In this document: positions 23,710-36,700 of the stretch, one piece after another
How the letters are laid out: each line of letters starts with the position of its first letter
How positions within the stretch are numbered: the first letter of the stretch is position 1
Source: Podarcis liolepis
Lineage: Eukaryota
Length of the DNA stretch: 64,000 nt
Assembly: GCA_965112155.1 (NCBI GenBank)
Contig: OZ218103.1
Strand: one strand, 5' to 3'
Notes under the pieces: generated by a model
Databases searched by the model: none
The model's input: only the letters and a program-made list of their open reading frames with translations
What the model was told of the DNA's origin: nothing
Translations under genes and position numbers: made by a program

Positions 23710-25589
23710 GAGTGACTGCCAACCTTTTTGGGCCCAGGGGCACATTTGAAATGTTGAGAGTATGTTGTGGGCTCCAGTCACAAAATGGCTGCCACAAGGG
23801 AGTGTTACTTGAAAGAAAATTGATAATGCTTATATTCCTATATAAAAAGCCACAAGTGATTGGTTGACCTGAAAAACCAGAGTACAAATCCCTACACATT
23901 CACGAAAATGACTGGCCAATTTTGCATCAGTCACTGTCACACAGTTTAACTTATCTCACAGGATATATTTCAGCTGCCTGAAAGATAAAACAACTGCAAC
24001 AGCCAGCCCCAAATGTTTAGTCTATCTAATTTAATTTCTCCACATTATGTTCCAAGGGATAGCATAACTACAACCTCTATCTGGACTCCTAGACATGCCT
24101 ACTCAGAAACAAGCCCTATTTAGTTTAGTGGGTCTTAGTCCCTGGTAATTGGGTAAAGGATTGGAGCCTAAAAGGTATTGTCTCCAATGACTGAAATCCT
24201 AGACACACCTTCTTGGGAGTAAGCATCACTAAATACAGTGGGACTTGCTTTTGTATAAACATGCATAGGCTCACACTGTGAAGCCATTCCTTCTGGATTG
24301 CTGACTCCACACCAAGTAGTGTTGCTGTCTCTTAAGATACATTCTTAATGAAGCCACTTTAATGATTATACATATATAACTGAACTTACCCAACCTGGCT
24401 AATGTAGCCACCTACATCCCTGCCACCCACCGTGATGTCCATTTGCATTAAGTCCTGTGTTATTTGGATCTTGTTGACTAAGAAAGAGCATCTCAACCTG
24501 CTGCAGTGGCCACAACATCGAAAGGATTTGAATATACAGCCATGAATATACAGCAGGCATTTTCCACTACAGAGGCAAATAGGTTACTTTCCTCCCCTAT
24601 ACGACACAAAACATATTGCAGCCAGCAAATAAAAGGATGGGAGGAGGAACCCAATCTGCAGAAAGAGCTCAAGCTACCAGTTGAACCGTATTCCATTTGT
24701 TGCTACAGAGATTGAAAGTGGGAGGAGAATTTCACTAGAAAGAAAGAGCTAGCCAAACAAACGGCAGAAAGGGGACAGAAAAGGAACTCAAGTGCTCTGC
24801 AGCTCATGTACCCAGAGTGACTCACCTTGGGTAGCTGACTGTGGACTGCTTTGAATGGGTACATGATGCACCTGACACCAATGGCATAAAGCCCCAAATA
24901 GAAATGTCATTCAGGGCAGGGAAAAGCAAAGAGACAAGACTCAAGGCAAGGGTGGGGGGGGCATCCCACCTGCCGCTCCCTCCCCCACTCTAAATCAAAA
25001 TGCATAAAAGAGCAGGAAGGCAGTCTATGAAGCAAGGGAGGGGAAGGCATCTATAAATGGCTAATACAGCACTCCTAAAAATCAACAGGTTTTACTGTCA
25101 CTTTCTGGGACCCTTAGAAAGCTCACCGATTCTAAGATGAAGCAAGCTGGGCAGACATCCCCATTGCCTCTTCTCTCTACCCCCCCCCATCAAAATGGCC
25201 TCCAGGTCTAAAAAAAGAGGAAAGGTAGACCCCTCCCTGCTTCTCTACCTTCATCAAAATGCCCTCTGGGGCAATAAAAGGGGGAAGACAGTCCCCTCAC
25301 CACTACCCCACAAATAAAAATGCCTTCCTATGCTAGAAAAGTAGGAAGGCAAACTATGAGGGGAGTTAGGAGTTCTTACCTGCTTCTTATCTGTCCCCCA
25401 AAGGAGGAGAGCTGTTGACTGCCCAACCAATTGGAATAAAAGGGGGTGGATTCTTCCAAGGCCAGGAATTGCTCTGAGACAATATGAACCTCATAAAGGG
25501 TACTTGCACATTTTGCTGCATAACTTTTTTCTAGGAAGTTTTGGGACCCTATCTACACAGGCATCATGGCACCAGTTTGGCAACCCCTG
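23710..25589. mobile_element. Putative ~1.9-kb non-autonomous hAT element carrying nested MITEs
   Basis: Degenerate TIRs gagtgactgccaacc and gtttggcaacccctg, 8-bp flanks gactagaa/aactaaaa (6/8 match), recurrent caaaatgg/gc motifs near both ends. Confidence 0.45.
24081..24272. mobile_element. Two adjacent ~85-bp palindromic MITEs
   Basis: Two units at 24081-24168 and 24189-24272, each starting ...tcctagaca...; same family as 18126 and 20326. Confidence 0.55.
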
Positions 25590-25835
25590 AACTAAAAGTT
25601 CAGTATGCTAGACTGAGATGTAAAGATTGGCCCAAAGTTAACAACAAATTTCAGGCCGAGCAGGAATTTGAATCCAGATAACTTTGGTCTAGGTCCAGCA
25701 CTTTAGCCACTATATTACACTGTCTTGGGAAAGGACAGTGCCAAGACAGACTCAAATGCTCAATAATAATGCATATACTTTATCGAAATGCTTGCTAAAA
25801 GCAAAGCCTGTGATTAGCTCATGGTGTCGTTCAGA

Positions 25836-25975
25836 TATAGAATCACAGAATTGTAAAGTTGAAAGGGCCCATGAGGGCCATCTGGTCCAATCCCCTGCAA
25901 TGCAGGAATCTTTTGACCAACATGAGGCTTGAACCCACAAACCTGAGGGTAAGAGTCTTGTGCTGTACTGAGCTA
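25836..25975 (-). mobile_element. tRNA(Lys)-derived SINE with CR1-type 3' tail
   Basis: Minus strand reads tagctcag...agactctta.cctcagg...gtgggttcaagcctcatgttgg (tRNA-Lys-CTT-like), then gggccctttcaactttacaattctgtgattctat, matching the CR1 end at 46750-46887. Confidence 0.7.
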
Positions 25976-26025
25976 TACCTGATAATATTTCTCCATGGGG
26001 TTATTAGCAGTGGACCAAAGCAGTA

Positions 26026-26254
26026 CAGTGGTACTCCGGGTTACTAACTTAATTCGTTCTGGAGGTCCGTTCTTAACCTGAAATTGTTCTTAACCTGAGG
26101 TACCACTTTAGCTAATGGGGCCTCCCACTGGCGCCACGCAATTTCTGTTCTCATCCTGAAGTAAAGTTCTTAACCTGAGCTACTATTTCTGGGTTCTGAG
26201 TCTGTAACCCGAAGTGTCTGTAACCTGAAGCGTCTGTAACCCAAGGTACCACTG
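26026..26254. mobile_element. Tc1/mariner (pogo/Tigger-like) MITE
   Basis: TIR cagtggtac...gggttac / gtaaccc...gtaccactg, TA duplication on both sides, internal taacctga subrepeats. Confidence 0.88.
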
Positions 26255-26297
26255 TAGTTATTGGAACATGAAGTCTCCCCTAACCCTGAGGAAATAA

Positions 26298-26515
26298 GTA
26301 GTAGATAGGTAGCCGTGTTGGTCTGCCATAGTCAAAATAAAAAATTCCTTCCAGTAGCACCTTAAAGACCAACTAAGTTAGTTCTTGGTATGAGCTTTCG
26401 TGTGCATGCACACTTCTTCAGAAGTGAAGAAGAAGTGTGCATGCACACGAAAGCTCATACCAAGAACTAACTTAGTTGGTCTTTAAGGTGCTACTGGAAG
26501 GAATTTTTTATTTTG
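26298..26515. mobile_element. Penelope-like element remnant (inverted pLTR foldback)
   Basis: Perfect 87-bp inverted repeat (26333-26419 / 26429-26515), hammerhead-like core, 13-bp TSD cctgaggaaataa (26285-26297 and 26516-26528). Confidence 0.85.
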
Positions 26516-28007
26516 CCTGAGGAAATAAACCACTGACACCCCCCCCCCCACACACATGGTTTTTCGCTGAGACCAATCCTGTGGAAATGAAATCTGAATG
26601 TGTGGTTTCCAGTGAAGAGAAATTGAGTCAATCTTGTTTTTCCTTTGACTGTGCTGAACTCCTTCTCCTACTGACCTCCTCCCCCTTTTGCTGCAGCTTG
26701 CAGGAGGAGCCAAGACGCCATGGGACATAATGTAACATCACAGCCAGAAAGTTGGAGCTCTTTTATGATTTCCTTGCCTGGAACCATTGGAGGAGGAATA
26801 CCTCCTAGTTGGTTGGGCATGATCAATATTACACCCAGGATTTTCTTTTTTTCACGGGAGAGATTCATATGAAGGTGGCTGACTTTCAGCCACCTCAGAC
26901 CCCACCCCCCCTCAGGGCCTTCTGAAGCAATAACTATTAATACATTACTTGCCATTTGTCTGATGCAATTCCTTGCTCCACATCCATCTTTGGAGAGCTG
27001 ACTTTCATTAACACTTCAAAAATAATTTAAGGTTTTCGCTGTGAAGGTTAGAAACTTTTCACAGCTCAGAGCTAATAGCTCTGCTGTTTATATGCTATAA
27101 TGTCTTGATAACCTTTTCAAACCCACAGTGGCCAGCAGCTGGGACCTGCTCTTGCTATTTTTGTTCCCGGAAAGTAGCAGCAGAAATGCTGTGACTTTCT
27201 GCCCTTCGAATGGGCATTTCTTCTCTTTAGGCTTTTCTTTCATATTCACGCTAACAGAAAAGACCTCACCTTTTCTCCTGTACTGAAAGGCAACCAAACC
27301 TGCCTTTCCCAGGAGAAATGAACTAGTCAAACTGAATCGCAGAAACCCAGCTCCAAATCAAAGCTTTAATTTGGGTGAAGCATTGGGGAAAACAGTGGAG
27401 GAGTGGGGGAGAAAAAAATCTCAGGACTTCTCCCTAAAACATAGAAGCATTTGTATATGTGTTCGTGCACACATACATAATCTATGGCAGAGATCTTTCT
27501 GATATTTGACAGAGGTGACTGTCAAAGCTTATGTAATGGCACAAGACCTATCCAGGAGGTATCAGCAAGCTTGTGTGTACCCCTGGGTTTGCAGAAATAG
27601 CAAAAACAAAAACAAAAAAACTCTACACAAACAAACCCAAGGGCTAGGGGAGGCAGAGATTAGTATCCAGCATGCATACACACCCACCCATACCCCCACT
27701 TGATGTTTGGTTTGCAATAAGACAATGTATAAGTTTTTAAAAGAGAAAATATAAATAAATCTAAGAGAAACAGTCATATTTGCTGCTGGAAATGGGGGAG
27801 AGAGAGAAATGGGAGTTACTAACAAGAGTGATTCCAAACTGTTACTATTTTCAGGTGGGATTCAGTCACATACTGGAAAATTAAGGCTGTGCAATTAAAA
27901 TGGATATGGGGGAGAGCAACCTACACATCTAAAAAAAAATCAGACTTTTTGTGATAAGAAAGGTGATGCACTGGAAAGTGTGGAATAACATTTGCTTGAC
28001 ATAATAT

Positions 28008-28110
28008 CATCTACCCTCCCTGAAAACAAATCAGAATGAATTCTTAGTAAGTAACCAGTGTCATCTAATCTTCCTGAAAACAAATCATGATGAATGATCC
28101 GTAACCAAGG
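28008..28110. repeat. Imperfect ~54-bp tandem duplication
   Basis: tcatcta...cctgaaaacaaatca...gtaacca occurs twice. Confidence 0.75.
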
Positions 28111-28569
28111 TGCTTGGAGGAAGCACAAAGCTGGAGGGGTGTCCTGATCCTCTCTGGGACAGGATCTCTCACTTGCCTCTTTGCCTCCCTTTATCTACTT
28201 GTAGATTTGTAAATAAAGCAAATATTCTAGAAATTCTGTTAAGTCTCTGTTCCTTCTATCCCATTTAAACTGCTAAAGTACTATTTGCCCTTATAGCAAC
28301 CCAGCCAGGTTTTGTAGGCAGCTTAGCTAAATTCCCCAGAGAAAGTGACAAATTTAGTGGAAAGCAGCAGTGAGAATGGCTACAGATCAGGCAGTGGAAC
28401 AGAAAGGAGATGAAATGGCCGAAGTAGCTAAATTAGGTCAGTGCATATGACTTTCCCGCTGCCGTTTTTAGGTTATGCAAATGACTTGGGGAGACAGAAT
28501 TTTTAGGCTTCCCAAATTCACTGGCAGGGCTGAGAAAACACAGCCAAAAAGCAACCCACGATTTACAGC

Positions 28570-28886
28570 TACTCCGGAACTGGGTCAACATACGGCAATG
28601 TGAAAATTAAAGTCAACAAATGCAAAGTAATGTTTGTTGCTGTGCGATTCTGGGAGCCCCTGCTAGGCCTAATTTATATAAATGGCTCTGAGAAGCTGAC
28701 TGAAAACTGGTTAAGTCTGCTGACAACATGGAATTGGGCATCCGAGTGGATGCAGCAGGAGGGGGGAGACCAGAAGAAGAAAGAAAAGCCAGCATAGAAA
28801 TGTTAGTCTCCTTCTCCCAGCCATGTTGCTTGGCTGATGCGCAGCAAATGAGGCTTAATGTTGACAAATGCAAAAGCAATGCATTT
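28570..28886 (+). mobile_element. Two short decayed CR1 RT fragments
   Basis: KIKVNKCKVM (~28600-28632) and QQMRLNVDKCK (~28842-28875), both resembling the CR1 WQMxFNxxKCKVM motif. Confidence 0.5.
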
Positions 28887-31800
28887 TATTTCTTAACAAA
28901 AGCAGATGACAGAATAGGACTTTCCTGGGATCTCAGCAGCAGTAAGTTTGCAACATCCAGAGCAGATAAAGGGGGAAGGAGGGGAAGAGGCTCTTTCTTC
29001 ACATAGCACAACCAAAAGATGCATTTTCACATAAGGAATAAAGCAGAACTGCAGAAATAACTTTCACCTGCTCAACTTTTCTTCTAAGTAAAAAGGAATG
29101 AATTGAAAAATATATTTGCAAATAGATGTATTTGAATAGTAAAAACTCCATTACTATCCTGCTCAAAACTGGCCCCTCCTGTAAACAGACAAATGTCACA
29201 CAAATTTTAAAAAGCAGACAGCACCCCCAAACAAGCAACAATAAGAAGCCCATAAGCCTCAACTAAAAGGGGGAGGAAGTGACAGGATGCCTTGGTGGGT
29301 GTCAAGGAGAATGTCTGAGGGTGTTACGGTGCCCATGGGTTCCACACTGGGGACCCTTAAATGAAATGGCAGGAATAGCCAGAGATTAGCTGGAGACCAG
29401 GTTGAGGGGTTTTCATTCCCACCATGAGATTGCTGATGGATGGATATACATTGAAAGTATCCTTTCAGTATGGGTATGCCTACATTTATGGGCCTTTGTC
29501 TTAATTTATGCTTCTGGGTTCATTTAGAATGTATCTACATGGCTTAGAGGTGGGAAAGGGAAAGTATAACCTACAGGTCTGCCAGTTAATTGGGTCTCCT
29601 TAGCTGGGCCATGTGTAGATGTCATTTCCCCTGAACTCTGATGCTTTTCATATTCCATACATTCCAGAGTGATCTTTCCCGTTCAGAATGCAAAACAAGA
29701 ATCACTGCCATTAGGCTGAGTGAGAGAGCCATGTCAGACACCTGATTTCAGGCATCATGAAAGGGCAATAAATGGTTTGCTATTTAATTTGTTTCTATTT
29801 TACTTTTACTACCAGGGAGGGAAGGAGGTGCTTGCGGGATTTTCTGACTCGGGTACTAAATAACTTGGATGGCCTTGGTTATTACACACTTTGGCTTTCA
29901 TTCATTCATTGGTTTGTCTATATGCCACTGTTTGGCTCAAAGGTCCCCCAAGCAGTGAACAGATTAATACAAAAGCAAATATAATACAAAATAGCAAACA
30001 TTAGGTACCCCATCATCCACACTTTGTGCACTAGTGAGCTACATTCATGCTCTCACCACAAAGGCAGTTCCCCAGCATCTACCCTCTCACTTAGAAGTCA
30101 GGTTGACTCACCTCTCCATCTTTGACCTAGGAGCAAGCCCATTCACAAACAATTGTCAATTGGGAGTTTCCTCACCCTCATCCTAAGCCAAAGGACCAAC
30201 CCAAAGAGTAACCTTCACCTTTAGCATCAGCTCCCTCTTTAGTGCTGCCTCAATCATCCCACAGACACCTCCAAATAAACAGGCTTCTCCTTAGAAACAG
30301 GTAAGGTGTGGCCAAGTTCTCACTTTTGCTCTCCACAGGTAAGGCTAGATGGCTCCACCTTCTGGCTCCTCAACAGGCTGTTCTCCACAGGTGCAGAAGC
30401 AGATGCAGTAAAGAAGAGTTGGGGAAGCTAAATTTGGCATTCGCCTTCCTATTATTGTTACCCGCTGTCTCCATTTGTTTGTGTGAATGGAGGGGACAGG
30501 GGCACCATCTGCTTCCACTCTAAACGGTGAATGCCTTGGGCTGGCCCTGCTTCCTAGCCATTGGCTCCATTAGGAAACACCTGTCAGACGTTCGGCACAT
30601 TAGCAAGCAATGTCAAGCAAAAGAGGTTTGAGCAGACAGCATCCATAACAGCATGGTATAGAAAAGGAGTGGGGATGTTTTTCAGCCCAAGACCCGTTTT
30701 TCTTTCTGAGGATCCTTCCAGAAGCTAAATGCCAAGGGTGGGTAGAGCCAAAGGCAAAGGTGGGCAGAGGAATGAATATGAATGTTACCTGTGTTCTGTA
30801 GGCTAGATTCTACACACACACACAGCCACACCCTCTCCATCCATTCAGGAAAGCATAAACACTCGAGAAGAATGGAAAGCAAGGTGGGGGAGGGGTTTGT
30901 GTCCTGGGAGTACAAAGGGCTGGATAGAGAAGCCCTGCAGGCCTGTGGTTTTTCATCCCTGGTCTAGGTTAATGATACAGACATTGGGAAGCACAACGCA
31001 CACCAGAATTACCATAGAAGGCACAAGGAATAGTTGCAACTACAATAGGAGAAAAAGCAATGTCTAAACTGAGTAAAAAAATAGGACATTGAGGATAAAA
31101 TACAAGGTCCTACCTTGACCACCAACTTTATAGCACAATTAAAGGGTGTCTCCATTTAAAACAACATTTATTCTGTAAGTTCCAGTGAAGCAAGAAGCAT
31201 CTGTTGACACCAGCATTAGAGTGACTAAATGAATAAAAAGTCCTAAGCCACTGTAAAGAAGACCTGTGAGAGGAAAGGTAATATAAAGGGCTAGACACAG
31301 ATGTACTGTATCAAATAAAATCCCAGTGCGTGACCCCTTTAAAAACAAATCAACTCAAGCTTTCAGACCTTCTCTGTGCATTAAACCACTTGAAGCACAA
31401 GTCAAATAGTACAGAAATCTCTGCAAGACCACTGTTAACTCAGTGTTGAATCCGAATTCCCACCCCCAGTAATCCTACTAATCCAAGGGCAGGTGGCCAT
31501 TGGCAGATTTCAAGAGACTTGCTTAACACCTTTATAAAGAAAGAAACAATGGAAAGTACACCTAGAGAGCAGGTCATAAATTGCTAACCTAGAGAGCAGG
31601 TGGTAAATAGCACAAGTGGTTTCTGTACTAGCGTAGGGGAAAAAAAACTATCTTCAGTTTTGTCCGAATTATACAATGAAATTTTAAGGTATTTAAAATC
31701 AGGGATGTATGAAACATACCCATTTAGTTCTATGGATATATCCACATGTATATTGCAAATACTCCAAGTATATATTGCATGCCCAGGGTGATTATGTTCA

Positions 31801-32391
31801 TTAGAGTAATATGTCATACCATTGCTGCAAAGGTCATTTGCATTCTGGTTTAACTACTCTGTAATCAGAACATATTCTTCCCCATCATCATGCCTCATTC
31901 CATGCAATTGGTTTAACTGTCAATACTTTGGACAAGTCATCACTTCTTTTGCGTATTTGAATCAGCAATAACTGCTTGGAAACTTATTACAGGAACACCC
32001 TGTTTTATTGTATTTCACCTACATTGCTGCTTAGGAGGAGGTTGTGGGTGCAGCTGCAGGCAGCCCAGCTGCTTCCAGGAGAAGGAAGCCTCTTCTTGCC
32101 ACAGGAGTGGAGCTGGTTAGGGTTGGAGGAGGGTTTTCCCTTCCCATTCCTGCAGCCAGCGGGTCATGGCTTAATAAGCAACTCTATAGTGTCAACATAA
32201 CTAAATGCACTGGGAAACCATTGTAACTCACTTTAGTACAATATTCACTTTATTGTGCTGGTCTGGAACTGAACCTGTAATATCTATGAGTCTATTTATA
32301 ACTAATAAGAAGGTATTTAGGAAATTATTGCCTAATTATTAAAATTTGATTGCTACTGATAGTGGACCCCTCTGGTGGAGTTCATAGGAAA

Positions 32392-32396
<5 letters not shown>

Positions 32397-32441
<45 letters not shown>
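32397..32441. repeat. (GA)n microsatellite
   Basis: Directly visible. Confidence 0.98.
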
Positions 32442-32448
<7 letters not shown>

Positions 32449-33189
32449 AGTCACATTGAAAGTCACCTCTTAAATCATTACAATATTAATTGTATACATC
32501 GTATTTAACTTTTGGGACCAAATTCATGACACGCGCAAGATCAAAATCATGACAAGATTCAAGCAAACACTTGTGCTACTAGATTTGCTCATGTTCCTAT
32601 ACATACATACAACTCACAAACCTGTATCTTATCCATGTTGTCACAGAAGCTACTCAAACTCACATTGCCCAAACCATAAGTGCAAACTTTTCCTGTTACA
32701 AAGCTAAAAAGAAGCAGATAAACTGCCTTATATCGGGTAAAGATGGGCAGGGAAAAGGTACTATGGGGAAAAGCTCAAATGCAAATCACAGGACTTTAGA
32801 GCAGCAAGATTATGGGAATGAGCAAGATAGAGGTAGTAGGAAGACATTAATAATTACCTGTCCCAAGGAAGGGGGAGTAAAGAGTTTTATTGCTTTCAGA
32901 GTTTTACTGTGACCTGCGGGTGCAAGGTCAGGGCTGGGTCTTGGACTCTCGGCAAAAACTAAGCACAAATTATTTGAGGCTAATCCGCCTGGACATCATT
33001 AACAGCAAGCTTGTGAGCTTTCAGTAAACAAGCAGAAAATATTTTCTAGTCTCAAGTGTTGATGGGGTGGCTCAAGGTAGGCTAGGTTTCATAAATTCCC
33101 ACTGAGATAAATCCTCTCCCTACCCTAGGTTCCATGAAAAGGCTTCCTTTCAGGGTAACACTGGCTTGTGCTTCCTGCAGGGGTCTTGA

Positions 33190-33720
33190 CTAATGTAAGA
33201 GGAGGAAATGGGCATGGCTAAGAAGCAGGGAGGCAGAAAGGATGCAAGATTTGTGATCCAGGTAAGCTGAAGAAGTAGTCTGACTCCCAATGGCATCCAT
33301 GGTGTCAGAGAGTTGGATGATGTGGAAGAGCGTCCTGGAGGATTTCAAAAAGCTGAATGAATAGGAGAGAGACATGGGACAGCTTCAGTGGAGAAAGATT
33401 GGTCATAGTGGAGAATGAGAGGTGACCAGTTAGTTGTAAGAAAGAAACTTCTTGATGGGCATAGCTGTAACACAAAGAGTGATCTCATTAAGGACAGGGC
33501 TGGAAGGAAGGGGCATTGAATGCCAAGGATATAGCTGTCAATAAACATCACAATACAATTTTCCTGCCAGAGAGAGGCAGGGAGGTCATGAGAGAGCTCT
33601 GGTTAATCAAAACTCACAGCCCAGGTGACTGAGATGTCCCTCATTGGGAAAGGTGGGGATGTTTCCAAAGGAATATAATCCAATTAGTGGGAGAAGATGC
33701 TTGCTGGAGGATGCCCTATT
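33190..33720 (-). mobile_element. Possible ancient L2 fragment
   Basis: Purine-rich plus strand; minus-strand peptide AYLDHKSCILSASLLLSH weakly resembles L2 SxLDYCNxLLxGLP. Confidence 0.3.
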
Positions 33721-36700
33721 GTTACTTTCCTAGAGTTAATTGATAATTGAATAAGAGTTTAGTGGCAAAAGTTCCAGCAACTAATTAGGCTTGAGCATAT
33801 GTCTTCAGACCCTTGCACAGTTCAATCTCAAGTACTGTTGTTGTCGGGGACTTTCTTTAGCTTACTGCTAAACTGGGATGTGCTTAAATCTGAACAATAA
33901 TCACTTTCTCTGATTCACCACAATGGCACCAGGTGCACTGCTCAGAGCAGAGCTAAAATGCACACACAGTATCCGGGCAAGTGCAGAGTTTCAGTTTAAC
34001 TGAGTTCTCCGCAATACTAGATAACAAAAGATACAACTACGTTCGCTTTCAACAATTTGGAAGCTCAAAATGCAGTGGTTGACAATTAGCAACATCTTGA
34101 TGAATGTCTATATTTCTGGTTTTGACCAGCAACCAAACTTTTGGTGGTTCAAAATGCCTGGAATCCTACTCTCCCCTTAACTCTGGGGCACAGATGCAGC
34201 TTCTCATTAATATGAGGTAGTGTAGCAGACTAGCAATTGTGGAGAACATGATGAAGGCTGGACCACTACTGTGGGTGAGGCAGAGGATACCAGATGAAGC
34301 CACAGGCTGTTAAGGGCTGAGCTTCCTGATTCATTTGAGTCATTGTGCTTAACAAACACTGTGATAATTTCCTAGTGCACTACAGGGAAGAAAGACAGAT
34401 TGATAGTTACTTCTCCTTTCCTGGTCTAAGAGTAAGCAGTAGAACATTGTGCCCTTGAAATCTGTAGAAGAGAGTGTTGGTTTCACTGTTGCAGCTGAGT
34501 GACAGAAGACTGCATATTGGCAATGAAATGTTCAAAGAGGTATGAGCTGAAATCCGCTAAAACAATGAAAGGTTCACCAATGCAAGTGAGGCTGCAACCA
34601 GCTCTGTCAGAAATGCATAAACATAATGCTGAGGCAGGCCACATATTGACCTGGAAGATTGATTTCACGGCCTCCTAGAAGGAACATTAACTGTCTATGG
34701 CTGGAGTCTGAAGGTGTACTTCGCTCTGGGCTTTCACTGCTCTTTAGATCTGGAGTCTTTGCATCAAAGGTCATCAAGATCAGCCAGTATATGATCCAAG
34801 TTAGGGGCCTGTCAGAAGGAAATCTCAGAAACAAATCACCCTGTAGCAGCAGCATTAGTTCCAGGTAGTTTAATGGGCCCGGGGTGCTTTGAAACAAGAG
34901 CTGCTCTTTATGTTTTAGGGAGATATGATGGAATGCCACCTAAGAGTATGAGTTTTCTGGAAGCCCTGGTTGCAGGCCTATGATTACTTGTGCTATAGAT
35001 TAACAGGAAAAATACTAACAGAATATTAGGGACCAGGTTCATTATATTCTTTAAACACAGTGAAACACAGTAGTACGTCTTGGGGCTTTTAATGTTAAAT
35101 CTGTACATTAGCCCTTGCCCATTTCACACATGCTTGTGGCTGCATCTGATATACTTCATACAGGCTAGAGATGCATGCCCTTGTAAACGTCAAGGTCAAA
35201 CACAAATATCTTGTATAGCACTTCCCCTGCGGTTCCCATGGACTCCCCATAGGCCCTGATGGACCCAGTTCCATATTAAGGGGAAATCAAAGCACAAGTT
35301 CTCTCACGCAACAAACCCACTGTACTACATGCCAACAAATAAGCATGCATGCCCTGATGCCATTCACATACTTCTGTGATGGGAAGTGGTAATACGTTAA
35401 ACACTTTGTGGTATGGAGCTAGAAGCAACACCAGTTAGAAACAAGGTAATTCCAGAAAGAAACGAGTACTAGAATGAGGAGGGAAGAGGATGCACAAATC
35501 TTTTTTGCAGGTTGCGATAAGGAAGAGCAGGGGTTTTGCTTACATCCTGACCCCACTTGAGTAGCACCGACACACAGATCCTTAGTTTCTTATAAACATG
35601 CCACATAAATCCACGTGGCTCTTAAGAAACAAACACAGCATCCATATAAAATACAATCAGATTCCATCAGGGGCTGTTCTGTATTTGTGTCTCCCCCCCC
35701 CCCCAGCAGTTTCCAAAGTGTAGAAGAGTTTGCAAATTGTATCATGCTGTTCCTGTTAATGCAGCTCAGGTTGTTGAGGGTCCTCATCCCCAGTCAGAGC
35801 AGGAGTCAAGTAGATTTGCTAGGAAACTGTTCTGACTTCTGCAATGTTTTCCCTCCTCCCCTAGCTCATTTTCCATTGACACCTCTAGCCTGGTTTTCTG
35901 GTTCCTGGCAGGGTTAACTGGCAGACCCAGCAGGGGGGAAAGGAACGTCTCTGCCCCCTAACCGATTTCCTTTTATCACTGCTTGCTGTCCAGTTTGCAA
36001 TGAACAGTTGGCTCCTGAAAGGGTTACATTGCCAGCTCAACATGCAGGAGATTTATTACAATTCCACGATGAGGCCTAGTTTATACCACACAGTCACAAA
36101 AGTGTGACCTGCAGCTGTAGAAAAGTTGTTGCCACCATGAAAGAGCACAGGTAATTCATTGAAGCGACACTATTTAGACTCTTGCCGAGCAGAGCAAGAT
36201 GGTCCAGAGATCTCAGCAGATCAGGACATCTTGATCTCGTCAGCCCAGCTAAGGCAACCATAAATAAAAACAGCCCTAGGGATTGTTCTCAGTTTCACCA
36301 ACAGAGAGCACTTTGTTCCCTGCAGTGGGTTGAGGTGTGTGTGGGGGGGCTGTTTTGTTTTTAACAGGCCAAATGACTAGATCATGTCAAGAAATACAAC
36401 CGGCCATTAAGTGAGTTTGTATGAGGAAGCCTCAGCTCACTGCCGTTATCTATGAAGTTGTAATTCTTAAACTGCTTCAGAACAGAACATAAAGCATAAA
36501 AGTGATTGCATTAAACAGAAGCTGGGACTTTTAGGAAACAGTTTAAGATGGACAAAGCACTGTGCAGCTCAGGATGGAAACCTGGTGTCTGTTAACTTCA
36601 TTATTCAGCATGACACACCCCCCCTCCTTTAAACCTATTAGATATGATTGCATTTGCCCCCAGGAGCACATAACCATTTACCCTCCTACTCAATGAAGAA

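Noticed and set aside
26026-26254. Short repeated taacctga units suggesting an array
   Set aside because: Subterminal repeats of a Tigger-like MITE; not CRISPR-like, and the DNA is eukaryotic.
4039-29466. Three plus-strand GTATCCTTT motifs (about 4039, 19524, 29457)
   Set aside because: Antisense to AGBL4, with no associated exon or branch point; close to chance frequency.
34764-34808. APNLDHILADLDDL* looked like a protein C-terminus
   Set aside because: This frame is incompatible with either AGBL4 donor, and I do not recognise the peptide.
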